Shown here: positions 17,913 to 26,440 of the stretch, piece after piece
Layout of the letters: every line of letters starts with the position of its first letter
How positions within the stretch are numbered: position 1 is the first letter of the stretch
Assembly (NCBI GenBank): GCA_965248445.1
Contig: CBDFJG010000004.1
Span: 704,001-768,000 of the forward strand
Direction of reading: 5' to 3'
DNA: 64,000 nucleotides
Source: Planctomycetota bacterium
Lineage (GTDB): Bacteria > Planctomycetota > JAJSAM01 > JAJVHW01
Position numbers and translations under genes: made by a program
Notes under the pieces: generated by a model
What the model saw: only the letters and a program-made list of their open reading frames with translations
What the model was told of the DNA's origin: nothing
Databases searched by the model: none

Positions 17913-19049
17913 TTAACCGATCGAGTCGACGATCTTCAGCATCGGCAGGAAGATCGCGAACACGATGCAGGCCACGGCCCCGCCCATGACGACGATGAGC
18001 AACGGCTCGAGGATCGAGATCAGCGCGTTCAGCTTGACGTCCACGGCCTCGTCGTAGTTGTCGGCGATCCGGATGAGCATCTTGTCGAGTTCACCCGTCT
18101 CCTCGCCGACGTCGATCATGTTCACGACCATGTCGTCGAAGATGCCGCTCTTGCCGAGCGGCTCGGCCATGGTCTCGCCCTCCTTGATCGCGTCGTGCAC
18201 CTTCTGCACGGCGGTCTGGAGGTGGATGTTGTTGATCGAGCCCTTGCAGATCTTGAGCGCCTCGAGGATCGGGACGCCGGAGCTGAGCAGGGTTCCGAGC
18301 GTGCGCGTGAATCGCGCAACGATCGTCATCTTGACGACGGGTCCCAGCACCGGGAGGCGCAGGGCCAGGCGGTCGAAGAAGCTCCGCCCACCGGCGGAGC
18401 GGCTGATGGCCTTCAACGCGACGAAGAACAGGATGACGCCGAGAATGAGGACGATGATCCCGGGGAAGCGGAAATCGAACCACTTCGTGTCGAGCATCCA
18501 GTCCGCGAAGTCGAGGAGCACCTGTGTGATCCACGGCAGTTCGAGCGGGCGTCCGTCGGGCGTGGTGATGGTCGAGAAGACCGTCTTGAACTTGGGCACC
18601 ACGAAGACCATGATGAACATGAGCAGCGCGGTCGCGACCAGCGTCACGACGATGGGATAGAACATCGCGCCCTGGACCTTCTGGCGCAGGCGCTGGCTCT
18701 TCTCCTTGAACTCCGCCAGGCGCGCCAGGATGGTGTCGAGGATACCGCCGGCCTCGCCGGCCTTGACCATGTTGGTGTAGAGCCCGTCGAAGACGCCCGG
18801 GTGCTTGCCCATGGCCTCGGAGAGCGAGTTACCCGACTCGACGTCCTCGGTCACGCCGAGCAGCGTGCGCTTGAACGGACCGACCTTGGTCTGCCCTTCA
18901 AGGATCTTGAGCGAGCGGACGATCGGAAGACCGGCGTCTTGCAGCACGGCGAGATTCGAGGTGAACTCGGTGAGCACTCTGTCGCTCACATGGGTTTTCC
19001 CGGGCTTCGCCACCTTCCCGCCGGCACCAGATGCAGCCTTCGGCGGCAT
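17913..19049 (-). CDS. pilC: Type II secretion F / type IV pilus PilC family platform protein
   Basis: AGLPIVRSL, VESGNSLSEAM, AGEAGGILD, AMFYP, SGVPILEAL, VGEETGELDKML; GGAGGT RBS. Confidence 0.93.
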   Translation of the reverse strand: MPPKAASGAGGKVAKPGKTHVSDRVLTEFTSNLAVLQDAGLPIVRSLKILEGQTKVGPFKRTLLGVTEDVESGNSLSEAMGKHPGVFDGLYTNMVKAGEAGGILDTILARLAEFKEKSQRLRQKVQGAMFYPIVVTLVATALLMFIMVFVVPKFKTVFSTITTPDGRPLELPWITQVLLDFADWMLDTKWFDFRFPGIIVLILGVILFFVALKAISRSAGGRSFFDRLALRLPVLGPVVKMTIVARFTRTLGTLLSSGVPILEALKICKGSINNIHLQTAVQKVHDAIKEGETMAEPLGKSGIFDDMVVNMIDVGEETGELDKMLIRIADNYDEAVDVKLNALISILEPLLIVVMGGAVACIVFAIFLPMLKIVDSIG

Positions 19050-19287
19050 CGTCACCTCCCTCGACAGACCACACGGTCCGCGCCGAACCCGGATGCGAAC
19101 CTCGCCCCAACCGGAGGCGCCGGAGCACACCGGGTTCCTTCATCCCACGTAGCCGGAGACTGTACCCATCGCCCCCCCAGATCGGCACGCGGAAACTTGC
19201 GTCCCGGTCGAGGCTGGCGCCGAGGCTCGACCGAGCCCGGCCCCGGAGGGACAACCCGCGCGCCGAGGAAGCCTCGGGAGGGCGCGC

Positions 19288-19343
19288 GGGCGGGGTTGGA
19301 ACCCCGCCCCTACAGGGGGTTCGTCCTAGTTGCGTGAATCGCG
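19288..19343 (-). repeat. GTAG-type REP hairpin plus linked 'GATTCACGCAA' motif
   Basis: Minus strand GTAGGGGCGGGG-TTCCAA-CCCCGCCC; same layout and spacing as at 48900-48958. Confidence 0.75.
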
Positions 19344-20843
19344 GTAACCGTTCACCCCTTCGTCGCGAGCCAGGATCCAGATCGTTCGGCCATCGGTCGA
19401 TCAAGAGGTTGTGGGCGAGCGGCAGGACGAGGATCTGCGGGCGATGGTCGAGGGCCTTCTGGCCTGGATCGAGGAGCTGGAGCGTCGCGAAGCGAAGCAT
19501 CTGCGCCGCATCGACGAGCTCGAGTCGCGTCTGAAGCGTGACTCCCGCAACAGCTCGAGGCCTCCGTCGTCGGACCCGGCGTGGTCCAAGCGCCGTCGCG
19601 GCCGAAGGCCGCGTAGCGGTCGCCAGCAGGGCGGACAGCCGGGCCATGAGGGCACGGCGCGCGAGCTGGTGGATCCGTCCAACGTCGATGAGACCAAGGA
19701 GCACCGTCCCGACCGCTGCGACGCGTGCGGACACGACGATCTCGAGCAGGGCATCGGCGATCCGTACCGGCACCAGGTGACGGTGCTCCCGCGCGTGCTC
19801 GTCACGGTGCGGGAGCACCGGCTGCACAAGGCGCGGTGCCGGCGCTGTCGTGCGGTCACGACGGCGGTCCTGCCCGATGGCGTGCCGACCGGGGCCTTCG
19901 GTCCGCGGCTGACCACACTTGCCGGCGCGCTGCGCGGCGTGTACCGCGTGAGCGTGCGGGAGACGCAGCGGCTGCTCGGTGAGATCTTCGGTGTGAAGAT
20001 GTCGCTGGGCAAGATCAGCGACTGTGAGCGTCGGCTCAGTGACGCTCTGCACTCGTCGTACCTCGAAGCCCTCGGGGCAGTCCGCACGTCGCTGCGAGCC
20101 AACGTGGACGAGACGTCGTGGAAGGAACGGGGCCGGGTGTGCTGGCTGTGGGCGGCGGAGAGCGAGCACGCCACAGCCTTCGGGATCGATCGCCGCCGCA
20201 GTGCCAAGGCGAAAGGGCGGCTGATCGGGCGGCGCTTCGGTGGCACGGTGATCAGCGACCGGATGGGTGCCTACGAGTCACACCCACTTGCCCGCCGCCA
20301 GCTCTGCTGGGCGCACATCGAGCGCGCCTTCCGTGCGCTGGCCGAAGGCCCGCGAGGACATCGCCGCTTCGGCAACAAGGGCGTCATGATCGCGCAGTCG
20401 GTCATGCGCAGCTACCGGCTCTTCGGTGAGCACGGCGACCGTGACCGGCTGCAAGGCGAAGCCGCTGTGCTGCGCGGACGGCTCGAGCGACTGATCGCGA
20501 ACGACGACTCGGCTCTGGCCAACCATCTGCGCCCCCGCGTGGTCGCCCTCTTCACCTATGCGCGGACCCAGGACGTGAGTCCGACGAACAACGCCGCCGA
20601 GCGCGCGGTCCGCAAAGCGGTGCTCTGGCGCAAGGGCTCCTTCGGAAGCCAGTCCGCTCGCGGACTCCGCTTCGCCGAGCGCGTGTTGACCGCCGCGGCC
20701 ACGCTGCGACGCCGTGGCGACCAAGTCTTCGACTTCCTCGCCGACTCGGTCGCCGCGCACCTCACCGGCGCCGACCCGCCCGTCATGGTCCCGCTGCCCG
20801 TCGCACGCTGAGGCTCACACGCTGTCAAGGGGTGAACGGTTAC
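19344..20843 (+). mobile_element. IS66-family insertion sequence, single-ORF type, 1500 bp
   Basis: Perfect 17-bp terminal inverted repeats GTAACCGTTCACCCCTT (19344-19360) and AAGGGGTGAACGGTTAC (20827-20843); no target duplication (GAATCGCG vs TGATCTGC). Confidence 0.93.
19411..20811 (+). CDS. IS66 family transposase
   Basis: NSSRPPSSD, GGQPGHEG, CDACG/CRRC, VDETSW, ISDR, QLCWAH, TNNAAERAVR. Confidence 0.95.
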   Translation: MGERQDEDLRAMVEGLLAWIEELERREAKHLRRIDELESRLKRDSRNSSRPPSSDPAWSKRRRGRRPRSGRQQGGQPGHEGTARELVDPSNVDETKEHRPDRCDACGHDDLEQGIGDPYRHQVTVLPRVLVTVREHRLHKARCRRCRAVTTAVLPDGVPTGAFGPRLTTLAGALRGVYRVSVRETQRLLGEIFGVKMSLGKISDCERRLSDALHSSYLEALGAVRTSLRANVDETSWKERGRVCWLWAAESEHATAFGIDRRRSAKAKGRLIGRRFGGTVISDRMGAYESHPLARRQLCWAHIERAFRALAEGPRGHRRFGNKGVMIAQSVMRSYRLFGEHGDRDRLQGEAAVLRGRLERLIANDDSALANHLRPRVVALFTYARTQDVSPTNNAAERAVRKAVLWRKGSFGSQSARGLRFAERVLTAAATLRRRGDQVFDFLADSVAAHLTGADPPVMVPLPVAR

Positions 20844-21202
20844 TGATCTGCCGGGCGGAGATCGCCGCGCAAGGACAGGAGCAGCGGCGGATCCGGGAGT
20901 TCGTCGAGCGCGGCCGGCCAGCCTTCATCGCCGGGGATCAGGTGGTCGCCACCGCCGGCGGCCAGACGCTCGCACTCCCGCGCCGCCTCCCGCTCGTCCG
21001 GTGCGGCGCGGATCATCGCAGCCCGTGCGGGCCCGATCCCACGGACGCGGCCGAGCCGCGCCACGTCCGCAACGAGCACTGCACGCGGCGACCCGAGCGC
21101 GCCAACCAGGCGCGCCGCCAACCGCGGCGACACACCGTGGGCCGCGCCGAGGCGCCACCGCGCCCGCACCTCAGCCGCCCGCTCCTCCGGATGCACGTGC
21201 AA
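20844..21202 (-). pseudogene. dprA: DprA N-terminal fragment truncated by IS66
   Basis: GVSPRLAARLVGALGS, VRGIGPARA, WPAALDELPDPPLLLSLRGDL; stops at the IS end just before the expected AIVG(T/S)R motif. Confidence 0.85.
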
Positions 21203-21268
21203 TCAGGACGCGCGGCACATGCCCGGCGTTACACGCGGCAGGACCGAGACACACGGGAGGAGCAACGA

Positions 21269-22357
21269 TCAGGCGATGAGCGCGGAGCGCAGTTCGTCAG
21301 TGGCAACCGGCACGAGTTCCGCGCCGCCGTCGCCCAGCGGGAGAACCATGAGGAGCTCCCCGCGACGGCGCTTCTTGTCAAGGCGCACGTGCTGGAGAAC
21401 GTCATCCGCGCTCACACCCTCCGGCGGTGCCGTCGGCAGATGCAGCGACGCGAGGACCTCGACCAATCTCCCCGGGAACTCACGCGCGACCATCTCGCGG
21501 GCCGCCGCGATCCGCGCGGCCACGACGAGCCCGACCGCAACCGCCTCGCCGTGGCGCAGTCCCGCGTACGCGTCCGCACGTTCGAGCGCGTGCGCGGTCG
21601 TGTGACCGAGATTGAGGAAGACCCGCTCTCCGTCGGTCTCGCGCTGATCGTCGCGCACGTGCCTCTCCTTCACGCTCACGGCCATCAGGATGGCATCGAC
21701 CATCGCGGCGGATTCCCCGTCGGCCAACTGTCCGGCCACGGAAGCCAGATCGTCCAGCGCAGCGCGGCCGGCGAGCAACGCGCACTTGACGACCTCGGCG
21801 AGTCCGGCGCGCAGCTCACGGACCTCCAGCGTCGCCAGCGTGGCCACGTCGCTCACGACAAGCCGCGGCTGGTGGAACGCTCCGACCAGGTTCTTCCCCT
21901 CGCGTCGGTCGATCGCGGTCTTTCCGCCGACCGATGAGTCCGCCATCGCGAGGACCGTGGTCGGAACCTGCACGCACGCGACGCCGCGCATCCAGGTGGC
22001 CGCGGCGAAACCCGCGACGTCCCCCACCGCGCCGCCGCCGACGGCGACGACCCCCCCGTCCCGTCCGATACCCGCGTCTGCGAGCGCGTTCCACAGTTGC
22101 TCGGCCCCAGCCACGGTCTTGGCGGCCTCGCCACGCGGAAGGACCTCGAGATGCGTCGCGAAGCCGGCCGCGTGGAGCGACGAGCGCGCAATCTCGACGT
22201 GTGGCGTGCCCGCCACTCCGGCGTCGGTTGCGACGAGCACCGGCACCGGAGCCAGCACCTCGGCAGTCAGATCACCAAGCCGCGCCAGCAGGCCGTGACC
22301 GAGCACGACGTCGTGAGGCGGGCGCACGCCAATTCGGATGCGATGCTCTGCGCTCAA
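21269..22357 (-). CDS. aroB: 3-dehydroquinate synthase
   Basis: GEAAKT, GGGAVGDVAGFAAATWMRG, PTTVLAMADSSVGGKT, KNLVGAFHQP, LNLGHT, HGEAV, DKK. Confidence 0.96.
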   Translation of the reverse strand: MSAEHRIRIGVRPPHDVVLGHGLLARLGDLTAEVLAPVPVLVATDAGVAGTPHVEIARSSLHAAGFATHLEVLPRGEAAKTVAGAEQLWNALADAGIGRDGGVVAVGGGAVGDVAGFAAATWMRGVACVQVPTTVLAMADSSVGGKTAIDRREGKNLVGAFHQPRLVVSDVATLATLEVRELRAGLAEVVKCALLAGRAALDDLASVAGQLADGESAAMVDAILMAVSVKERHVRDDQRETDGERVFLNLGHTTAHALERADAYAGLRHGEAVAVGLVVAARIAAAREMVAREFPGRLVEVLASLHLPTAPPEGVSADDVLQHVRLDKKRRRGELLMVLPLGDGGAELVPVATDELRSALIA

Positions 22358-23778
22358 GGTGCTTGGTCCGCCCACCCCCGCTTCATGCGTCGTTCCTCGG
22401 AGCGACGGCGGACCTCGTCCTCGCGACGCTTGCCCTTGCGCCACGACATGATCAGCAATCCGAGCATGACCACCGAGCCGAGGGCCAGGAGACCGAGCAC
22501 CAGATTCAGCGACGTGCCGGTCTCGTACGGTCCGGCGTCGGTCGCGATGACGGACGTGCCGATGATCACCGGCAGCCAGTACGACTTGCCGTTGGTGCCG
22601 GTCACGTGGCGCCGCTTGAAGAAGAAGCCCTCCACCTCGACCATTCGCGCGTTCCCGAAGTCGAATGCGTCCTGAGGGAACGGTGAGAAGAACTGAACCG
22701 GGTGCACCTGGTCATCGACCAGCATCCCGCGGTAGAGCGCGTCGATGTTGCCGGGGTTCTCCTGGATGTACCGGTCCATGGCGAAGTGGTCGTGCACCGG
22801 CGCGAGCCGAAGTCGCACGAGCTGGAAGCGCCAGCGGTCGGGGTTCTGCCAGAGCGGGGTGCTGCCTTGCGTGCCAGTGAGATCGGCTACCGGCAGGTTC
22901 TCCGTGTCGCGCAGTTCGATGTACCCCTCGGGGCCGAGCTGTCGCACGAAGTTGAGCATTCCGTAGAACGGCTCGGCCTCGAAGCCCTCCGACTCCTCAG
23001 GCTTCCCGTCACGAACCTGCTCGAGCCACTCCAGACGCGGCTGCCGGTGCGTCACGGGGGCGTACGACGGGACGAGTGAACGCGTCAGGCGCACGTGCAG
23101 CATCGGACCGCCGTCTTCGTCCGGCCAGAGCTTGGTGAAGACGCCGTAGGCCTTGACCCACCGCCCCTCGGTCACTTCCTCGCGTGGTTCGTGCAGAGTC
23201 GTCACGATCCAGGGTGCGCCCGCCGCGTCGGTGATCCGGACGCGCCAGCCGATGCGCAAGCCGCTCGGGTGCTCGACGTCCACCTCCTCGTAGGAATCGA
23301 CGCGCCCCCAGATCGCCGCCAGACTCCCGCGGACGGACGCCGGATCCTCGCGCGCGTTGGGGATGTTCTCGATGCGCGGGAACACGCGCGCCGGAAGTCG
23401 CGCCAACCGGTTGCGCAGGGACGCCTCGAGCAAGAACCGCGTCCACTCGAGGTCGGTCGCGGGCGCATCATCGGCGATCACGCCGCGAGCAGCGTCGCGA
23501 GCGAACGCGAACAGCTCTTCCTGCAGTTCGCGCGAGGCCTCCTCGGGCAGCAGGCCGGCCAGGTCTCCTTCGCCGACGTGCTGCAGGTCGACGTCGCCGG
23601 CATCGCCTGTCGGCGCGTCAGCGCCGCCGCCACTGCTCCAGAGGCCGACGGCGACGAACGCGGCGACCACCACGGCGAAGGCGAAGACCATCCCGATCAC
23701 GCCGACCTTCGGCGAGAGCAGGAGTCCGGGCGGACGCGGAGCGCCGCCCCCGTCGGGGAGAGGTGGGATTGGGCTCAA
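22354..23778 (-). CDS. Hypothetical protein with N- and C-terminal TM helices and an internally repeated soluble domain
   Basis: Two hydrophobic helices; similar segments WVKAYGVFTKLW and MVEVEGFFFKRR; GGAGGT RBS; overlaps aroB start. Confidence 0.75.
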   Translation of the reverse strand: MSPIPPLPDGGGAPRPPGLLLSPKVGVIGMVFAFAVVVAAFVAVGLWSSGGGADAPTGDAGDVDLQHVGEGDLAGLLPEEASRELQEELFAFARDAARGVIADDAPATDLEWTRFLLEASLRNRLARLPARVFPRIENIPNAREDPASVRGSLAAIWGRVDSYEEVDVEHPSGLRIGWRVRITDAAGAPWIVTTLHEPREEVTEGRWVKAYGVFTKLWPDEDGGPMLHVRLTRSLVPSYAPVTHRQPRLEWLEQVRDGKPEESEGFEAEPFYGMLNFVRQLGPEGYIELRDTENLPVADLTGTQGSTPLWQNPDRWRFQLVRLRLAPVHDHFAMDRYIQENPGNIDALYRGMLVDDQVHPVQFFSPFPQDAFDFGNARMVEVEGFFFKRRHVTGTNGKSYWLPVIIGTSVIATDAGPYETGTSLNLVLGLLALGSVVMLGLLIMSWRKGKRREDEVRRRSEERRMKRGWADQAP

Positions 23779-23878
23779 GAGTCACCTCCGGCGGGGACCG
23801 GCCAGGCGTGTCTCACCATATCAGTTGGCGGCCGGGTGCGTTGTTCCTGCCTGCCGGGCAGGCGGCGAGACTGCGGCG

Positions 23879-25231
23879 GTGAGCGAATTCGCGACCTTCG
23901 ACGATGCGTTCGCCTGGCTGGCGTCCCACACCAACTACGAGAAGCAGTCCCATGTCACGTACGACGAGCGGACGTACGGTCTCGCACGCGTCGAACGTCT
24001 TCTGTCATCCGTGGGCCACCCCGACCGGCGGATGGACGTCGTGCAAATCGTGGGGAGCAAGGGGAAGGGCAGCACAGCAACGCTGCTCGCCGCGGCACTG
24101 ACCGCCGGGGGACGCAGGACCGGACTGTTCACGTCCCCCCACCTCGCGCATCCGAGGGAGAGGGTCCGGGTGAACGGTGCTCCGGTGGACGACCAACGGA
24201 TGCGCGACCGCCTGGGGTTCCTGCGCGCACACGCCGAACGGGCGATCGCGGCCGGAGAACCGCTCACGTTCTTCGAGCTGCACACGACCGCGGCGTTGCT
24301 GGCAATGGAGGACGACGGCTGCGACGCGGTCGTCCTCGAAGCCGGCATGGGCGGACGGCTGGATGCGACGACGGCAGCGCACGCGATCGGCGTCGTGCTG
24401 ACCACGATCTCACTGGATCACACGAAGCAACTGGGAACGGACCTCGCGTCGATCGCAGCCGAGAAGGCCGCAGCAGCGCGAACCGGACGCCCCTTCATCT
24501 GCGGTGAGGCGCCGGGCACGGATGCACACACTGCGGTCACGGCGGTCTGCGGCACCCGCGATGCACCGGTCATCACGCGCGCGCTGGACTTCGACGCCGA
24601 GTTCATCGCCCACGAGCTGGACGAGACGGCGCTCGCAGGAACCACGGTCTTCCGCTACCTCCGCCGCGGCGAAAACCCGGTCGAACTGACCGCGGGAATG
24701 GCGGGGGCGCACCAGGCTGCCAACGCGTCGCTCGCCGCCACCGCAGCTCTCCGACTCCCCTGGCGCGAGGGTCCGCCGTCGCTCGACGAAGTGCGTTCCG
24801 GGCTGGCCACCGGGTGCATCCGCGCGCGGCTCGAGCCGGTCGCGGCGCGCCCGCTCGTCGTCATCGACGGCGCCCACACGCCACGCAGCCTCGAAGTCCT
24901 CTCCGTGGCGGTGGCGGACTTGGTGGAGCGCCGACCGTGCGTGTTCGTGATCGCGATGAACGGCGACAAGGACGTGGAGGACGGACTCCGCTTCGTCGCG
25001 CGCGTGGCAGATCACGTCGTGGCGTGCACCGTGGGCGAACAGCGGTCAGCCGACCCCGCGCGGATCGCCGACGCGGCGCGCGCTGCGGGCACGGCTGCAC
25101 AGGAGGCCCCCGATCCGGCGGCCGCGCTGGCCCGCGCGAGAGAACTGGCGGGGCCGGACGGCGCGGTGATCGTGACCGGGAGCCTCTACCTCTGCGGCGC
25201 GCTGATCTCGGAGGCGTTCCCGGCTAGTTGA
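23879..25231 (+). CDS. folC: Folylpolyglutamate synthase / dihydrofolate synthase
   Basis: VGSKGKGST, FTSPHL, TFFE, LEAGMGGRLDAT, ISLDHT, IDGAHT, TGSLYL. Confidence 0.95.
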   Translation: MSEFATFDDAFAWLASHTNYEKQSHVTYDERTYGLARVERLLSSVGHPDRRMDVVQIVGSKGKGSTATLLAAALTAGGRRTGLFTSPHLAHPRERVRVNGAPVDDQRMRDRLGFLRAHAERAIAAGEPLTFFELHTTAALLAMEDDGCDAVVLEAGMGGRLDATTAAHAIGVVLTTISLDHTKQLGTDLASIAAEKAAAARTGRPFICGEAPGTDAHTAVTAVCGTRDAPVITRALDFDAEFIAHELDETALAGTTVFRYLRRGENPVELTAGMAGAHQAANASLAATAALRLPWREGPPSLDEVRSGLATGCIRARLEPVAARPLVVIDGAHTPRSLEVLSVAVADLVERRPCVFVIAMNGDKDVEDGLRFVARVADHVVACTVGEQRSADPARIADAARAAGTAAQEAPDPAAALARARELAGPDGAVIVTGSLYLCGALISEAFPAS

Positions 25232-26372
25232 CGAGCGAGAGGATCTTCTCGCCGTACTTCTCCGCTCGCTGCGGTCCGACGCCCTCGGTCGCCGCCAGCT
25301 CCTCGAGCGTGCTCGGACGTTCCCGCGCCACCCAGAACATCGCGTAGTTCGGGAGAATCGCCATCGTCGTCACATCGATCTTCTCGCTCGTCGCGTTCCG
25401 CCAATCCCGCAACCGGCCGAGCCGGCGCTGGCCGTGGAAGTCGAGCCGACGGGCCGGGTCGCCCTGCTTCGGCGGGCGGCGGGGCGGCGTCTCGCGGCGC
25501 CGCCCCCGCGTCACGGCTTTGAGGACGTCGCGCCCCATGCGAGCCATGACGAACGACGACACACCTTTCAGCGACTTCAGCGTCGCCATGTCTTCGGGGA
25601 GCACGCGGGAAATGCGCAACATCGAGTCGGTCGACAGCACCTTGAACGCCGGGCGATCTAGCTTGCGCGCGTGCTTGTCACGCACCGCGTGCAACTCCAC
25701 CAGCACCGACTGCTCCTCGGGCGCTAGGTTGCGGGAGCCCTTGATCCGCGTCCAGCCGTGCGGGTCGAACACGCGCTCGTTCCCCTCTCGGCGCGACAGG
25801 CGCTCGAACTCGATCCGCGCCTCCTGCTCCAGGCCGGCCTCGCGCAGCCGCTCTGCCTGGATGCGGTACAGCTCGACCAGGTACTTGACGTCGAGGTAGC
25901 TGTACTCGATCTGCTGCGGTGACAGCGGACGGCGGCCCCAGTCCGTGCGGGTCTGACCCTTGCTCAGTTGCACGTCGAAGAAACGGTCCACCAGATCGCG
26001 CAGGGAGAGCCTCTCATCGCCGAGCAACTGCGCCGCGATCATCGTGTCGAAGATCCCGTCGAAATCGAACGCGAAGTCCCGCCGCAGGCTCATCACGTCG
26101 AAGTCGGCGCCGTGGAACACGCACGTGATCGCCGGATCCGCCAGCGGCCGGCCGAGGGCGCCCAGATCCAGTGAGAGCGGGTCGACGATGAACGCGTCGC
26201 CAGCGTCCGTGGCGAGCTGCACGAGGCAGACCTTCTCGAAGTACGAGTGCATGCTGTCCGCCTCGGTGTCGACGGCGAGCACGCTGCACTGGGAGATGAC
26301 GCCCGCGACGCTCTCCCACGCGGATTCCCGGTCCACGTACTCGAAGACGTGGTCGGACTCTGGTTCGGACAT
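25224..26372 (-). CDS. rnd: Ribonuclease D with HRDC domains
   Basis: AVDTEADSMHSY, CLVQLA, FHGADFD, FDTMIAA, DWGRRPLS, YSYLDV, two HRDC-like segments. Confidence 0.92.
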   Translation of the reverse strand: MSEPESDHVFEYVDRESAWESVAGVISQCSVLAVDTEADSMHSYFEKVCLVQLATDAGDAFIVDPLSLDLGALGRPLADPAITCVFHGADFDVMSLRRDFAFDFDGIFDTMIAAQLLGDERLSLRDLVDRFFDVQLSKGQTRTDWGRRPLSPQQIEYSYLDVKYLVELYRIQAERLREAGLEQEARIEFERLSRREGNERVFDPHGWTRIKGSRNLAPEEQSVLVELHAVRDKHARKLDRPAFKVLSTDSMLRISRVLPEDMATLKSLKGVSSFVMARMGRDVLKAVTRGRRRETPPRRPPKQGDPARRLDFHGQRRLGRLRDWRNATSEKIDVTTMAILPNYAMFWVARERPSTLEELAATEGVGPQRAEKYGEKILSLVN

Positions 26373-26440
26373 GGCCGGGGAGTCTACCCAGCGGACCGAC
26401 GGTGCCCGATTCGTGCCGCGCCGGGCGCGTCAGTCCCGAT

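Noticed and set aside
19183..19200. Sigma54 promoter for pilC (CGGCAC...TTGC)
   Set aside because: Wrong spacing (8 nt) and wrong strand
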